64,000 nucleotides of DNA from the human T2T-CHM13v2.0 reference genome, Homo sapiens. A program made the translations under genes and the position numbers. The notes beneath the pieces are model-generated. The model did no database searches. It had not been told where the DNA came from and saw only the letters and a list, made by a program, of their open reading frames with translations. This document shows, piece after piece, positions 59,495-64,000 of this stretch (the stretch's first letter is position 1; each line of letters opens with the position of its first letter). The stretch is taken from NCBI RefSeq assembly GCF_009914755.1, contig NC_060932.1. One strand, written 5' to 3'.

Positions 59495-59839
59495 CCAAAA
59501 AACTGATAAACATCCATGTATCTAAATTGTTGTGTAAATCTCTATCACCTGAGATTAAATTTCTCAGGTATCTTTTCTGGTTCCATTTCTATATACATTT
59601 TAAAGATTTTTGATGCTGTTTGTATGCTTTTCTCTAGGATTGTATCTGCTATTATGGCAGAGGAATACCCTTTAAAAAATTCTTGAGAATTATAGATGAA
59701 GTATGGTTTCTCATCAATTTATGTTTATTTGTTTACTGTTGAGATTGAATTTATTTTTTGCAATTATTTATAACAAGAGCAATACAACAATAGTACCGAT
59801 AGTACTGATAAAAGAAAATCCTGAAATAACACTATAGCT

Positions 59840-60040
59840 ACTGTGCTAGGCACCATTCTAGATTCACATTTATTAAGACGCTTAGACCTCAAAATCACCC
59901 TAAGAGGTGAGTACTGTTGTTATCCCCATTTCACAGATGAGGAAACTAAAGTTAAATAAGTTAGTGAGCTGTAAGAGGCAGAGTGAGGATTCAAAACCAG
60001 GCATTGTGGCCCCAGAGTGTGTGTTCTTAACAACTCTACC
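59840..60040 (-). mobile_element. MIR
   Basis: tatccccatttcacagatgaggaaact. Confidence 0.8.
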
Positions 60041-60629
60041 ATTTTGCGTTTTGATGTTGAGAACAGGAAAGAAAATGCAGTTTAGGATCCCAGCGGCCTT
60101 ACAATGCTATCTCCAGGCCCTCTGGAGTCCTGTGTGCTTCCCTGCCTCTAGAGTAATGGGCTACCTCTACATTATCAAGCGTTACCCTTGGTTTTTCTTG
60201 TCGTTGCAATTTGATTTTATCAAAAGAACAAACCTCAGTACTGTTTTGATTTAGACCGGTTTAAAGATGGATTCTTATCTAATTGTCAGACTTTTATTGC
60301 ACAATATTTAACAGCTGTTGAGGAGGTAGTCACTGTAATCAAATACGCTCTTACTCAAAAGACAAGGCTGATAAGATAAGTTTGCTGGAATGAAGCAATC
60401 CACTTAAAAGTGTAGATGTGGCAGTATTTCTTTTTTAAGTTTTCCAAGTAAGAATAGATTGTCTAAGCCAAGTAATCACAGAAGTTGTGATTAAACATTC
60501 CTCAAAAATCGCCCACATTTCATGAAATCCTCACTTTTAACAGGTCTAGCAAAAGTTGAAGTCTGGTGGTCTTGCATGGAGGCTTGGGTGTACAGAACAC
60601 ACGGTCTGTTATAGAACCTAATAATCCAT

Positions 60630-61472
60630 ATTCATTCATTCAGTGTTGTATATAAATGCAGCTAGCTGCCAGGTACCTTTGCAATTCGGGGGATACGGAA
60701 TGTATGCATGTGTGTGGTATGTGTATGTGTGTAGGTGTGTATGTATGTTACAGAAAAAATGCTATGGAGAAAAATATAAAGAGGTAAAGTATGTTGGTTG
60801 AGGTGAGTTAGGATTGTTATTTTATATGTGATGATAAATTGGCTTTCTTGATAAAATAACATTTGAGCAAAGATCTAAAAAAGTGTGGGAGCAAACCATC
60901 TGCACATCTAAGGAAAGCAAGTTCCAGGCACAGGAAACATCTCGTGCAAAGGTGTTGAAAAAGGAGTGTGCCTGGGTATCCAGGGAGTAGTGGTCAAGCA
61001 GTGAGATCCAAGAACAGGGAGTGGGGTAGTTGTGGGAAATGAGATTTGAGAGGGAGAAGGGGCAGATGAGGTATAGAATTTCCCTCTGGGTGTGAGGAGA
61101 CCCACGAAAGAAGTCCAAGCTCCAAATTATATTTAACAGTATCTCTGGCAAAAATAAACTGGTGGGGGAGCGGCAAAAATGAAAAGGGGACCAGGAAAGA
61201 GTTGATAGTATTTCAGAACAGGGTGGTAGGAATGGAGGTGCGATAACCTGGATATATTTTAAAAGTAGAGTGCTGAGGATTTACTATTGGAATAGATATG
61301 GAAGGAGAGAAAAAGAGGAGTGAAGGGTAACTCCAAAGTTATTGGCTCCAGCACTGGAAGGGTGAAATGCCAAGATTGGAAAGAGTACAAGAGGAGAAAA
61401 TTGGGTGTGAGACGAGAGGGAATCAGCTCAGTTTGGGACATAGTGAAATTGAGGTACCTATTAGATATACAA
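60630..61472 (-). mobile_element. L2a segment, containing a TG-rich tract at about 60700-60750
   Basis: cattcattca end; gttccaggcacaggaaac...gtgcaaagg; ggatatattttaaaagtagag. Confidence 0.8.
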
Positions 61473-61699
61473 ATTATTTTAATAAGATCCAGGTACTATG
61501 AATCTTATGCATATTATGGATCTTATGGATAAGTTCCTTATCTTAAGGAACTATGGAATGACAATACAAAACATATTTTATAGGGTTATTTTTTAAATCA
61601 TGTATACTTTACAAAGGTCTCAAATTCTTTTGAAAGTAGTCTGATATAAACAAGACATAATAAATTCAGTCTATCAATAAAATTCTGGAAAATTATTTT

Positions 61700-63667
61700 T
61701 AAAAATTTTTTTAACTTTTCTGAGCACATAGTAGGTCTATATATTTATGGAGTATGTGAGATACTTTGATACAGGCATGCGTTGTGTAATAATCACATCA
61801 TGGTAAATGGGGTATCTAGCTCCTGAAACGTTTATTCTTTGTGTTACAAACAATCCAGTTATACTCTTTTAGTTACTTTAAAATGCTAAATTATTATTAT
61901 TTATTAAATTATTATTCACCCTGTTGTGCTATCAAATACTAGGTCTTACTCATTCTTTCTAACTACTTTCTGTAGCCGTTAACAATTGCCACTATCCGCC
62001 CTCACCTGCCCCAGACCCCACTACCTTCCCCAGCCTCTGATAACCATCCTTCTACCCTCTGTCTCCATGTGTTCAATTGTTTTAATTTTTAGCTCCCACA
62101 AATAAGCGAGAATATGTGAAGTTTGTCTTTCTGTAGCTGGCTTCTTTCACTTAGCACAATGACCTTCAGTCCCATCCATGTTGCTGCAAATGACGGGATC
62201 TCCTCCTTTTTTATGCCTGAATAGTACTCCATTGTATATATGTACTACGTTTTCTTTATACATTCGTCTGTTGATGGCCACTTAGTTTGCTTCCAAATCT
62301 CGACTTCTGTGAATAATGCTGCCATAAGCATGGGAGCACAGGTATCTCTTGGACATACTCATATATAACCAGTAGTGGGCTTGCTGGATTGTATTTTAGC
62401 TCTGTTTTTAGTTTTTTGAGGAACCTCCAAACAGTTCTCCATAGTGATTGTACTAATTTACATTCCCACCAACAGTGCATGAGAGTTCCCTTTTCTTCTT
62501 ATCCTTGCCAGCATTTGTTATTGCCTGTCTTCTGGATAAAAGCCATTTTAACTGGGGTGATACAGTATCTCACTGTACTTTTGATTTTCACTTCTCTGAT
62601 GGTTCCTGATGTTGAGCACCTTTTCATATACCTGCCTGCCATTTGTATGTCTTCCTTTGAGAAATGTCTATTTAGAAATTTTGTCTATTTTTAAATCAGA
62701 TTATTAGATTTTTTTTCCTATAGAGTTGTTTGAGCCCCTTATATATTCTGGTTATTACTCCCTTGTCAGATGGATAGTTTACAAATATTTTCTCCCATTC
62801 TGTGGGTTGTCTCTTTGCTTTGTTGGTTGTTTCCTTTGCTGTGAAGAAGCTTTTTAACTTGGTAGGGCAAGATATATGGGTCTAGTTTCATTCTTCTGCA
62901 TATGGATATCCAGTTTTCTAAGCACCATTTATTGAAGAGACTGTCTTTTTCCCAATATATGTCATTGGCACTATTTTCGAAAACAAGTCCACTGTAGGTG
63001 TGTGGATTTGTTTCTGGGTTTCTTTTTCTGTTCCAGCGGTCTGTGTCTCTGTTTTTATGCCAATACCATACTGTTTTGGTTACGGTAGCTCTGTAGTATA
63101 ATTTGAAGTCAGGTATGTGATTCCTCCAGTTTTGTTCTTTTTGCACAGAATACATTTGGCTATTCTGGGTCTTTTGTTACTCTATGTAACTTTTATGATT
63201 TTTTCTATTTCTGTCAAGAATGGCATTGGCATTTTGATAAGGATTGTAAATTTGTAGATTGCTTTGGGTTGTATGGACATTTTAACAATATTTATTCTTC
63301 CAATCCATGAACATGGAATATCTTTTCAGTTTTTGTGTGTCCTCTTCAATTTCTTTCATCAGCGTTTTATAGTTTGCCTTTTATAGATCTTTTACTTCTT
63401 AGGTTAAATTGTTTCCTAGGTATTTTATATTATTTGTAGCTATTATAAATAGGATTGGTCTCTTGATTTCTTTTTCACATTGTTCACTGTTGGCATACAT
63501 GAACGCTACTGCTTTTTGTATTTTGATTTCGTATCTTGCAACTTGACAGAATTCTTTGTCAGTTCCAATCTTTTTTTGGTGGAGTCTTTAGGTTTTTCCA
63601 AATATAAGATCATATCATCTGCAAACAAGGATAATTTGACTGTTTCCTTTCCAGTTTAGATGCTTTC
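61700..63667 (-). mobile_element. L1MA2/3-like 3' 2 kb, an inverted paralog of the L1 at 58771-59468
   Basis: L1MA 3' end (catagtaggtctatatatttatgg...gatacaggcatgc) and ORF2 remnant including the FADD region. Confidence 0.9.
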
Positions 63668-64000
63668 GGTGTGAGGAGACCCACGAAAGAAGTCCAAGCT
63701 CCAAATTATATTTAACAGTATCTCTGGCAAAAATAAACTGGTGGGGGAGTGGCAAAAATGGAAAGGGGACCAGGCAAGAGTTGACAGTATTTCAGAATAG
63801 GGTGGTAGGAACGGAGGTGGGATAACCTGGATAAGGTGAGGATTTACTATTGGAATAGATATGGGAGGAGGTAAAAAGAGGATTGAAGGATAACCCCAAA
63901 GTTATTGGCTCCAGCACTGGAACGGTGGATCGCCGAGATTGGAAAGAGTACAAGAGGAGAAAATTGGGTGTGAAGCGAGAGGGAATTAGTTCAGTTTGGG
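63668..64000 (+). repeat. Direct duplicate of 61089-61437 (L2-derived); continues past the window end
   Basis: First 82 nt identical; about 22 substitutions and one indel of about 16 nt over about 330 nt (hand count). Confidence 0.95.

Overview
This is primate genomic DNA, almost certainly human. It lies inside the minus-strand gene MTMR7 (myotubularin-related protein 7, a phosphoinositide 3-phosphatase; chr8p22 by recall). Five coding exons are recoverable with canonical AG/GT boundaries and a continuous reading frame: exon 2 (32732-32854), exon 3 (30651-30813), exon 4 (20728-20885), exon 5 (8560-8688) and exon 6 (971-1105). Together they encode about residues 9-244 (PH-GRAM domain and start of the phosphatase domain). 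Exon 1 and exons 7 onward lie outside the window. The rest is intron, dense in Alu, L1, L2, MIR, MaLR/ERVL LTRs and DNA-transposon MITEs. Nearly all entries in the ORF track are repeat-derived or chance ORFs. I see no new gene system. The most unusual structure is at 58.8-64 kb in intron 1. An old L1MA segment is present twice in inverted orientation at about 95% identity, and the inverted copy sits between two direct copies (about 93% identical) of an L2 segment. This looks like an ancient duplication / inverted templated insertion / duplication event, and it should create a long non-Alu dsRNA stem in the pre-mRNA. Smaller observations include the Ala44 allele of MTMR7, a perfect 35-bp duplication inside an old Alu, a MER6-like hairpin carrying three GAS motifs, sense-oriented MaLR LTRs and a candidate cryptic terminal exon. 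Repeat subfamily names come from recalled consensus sequences, and identities were counted by hand.
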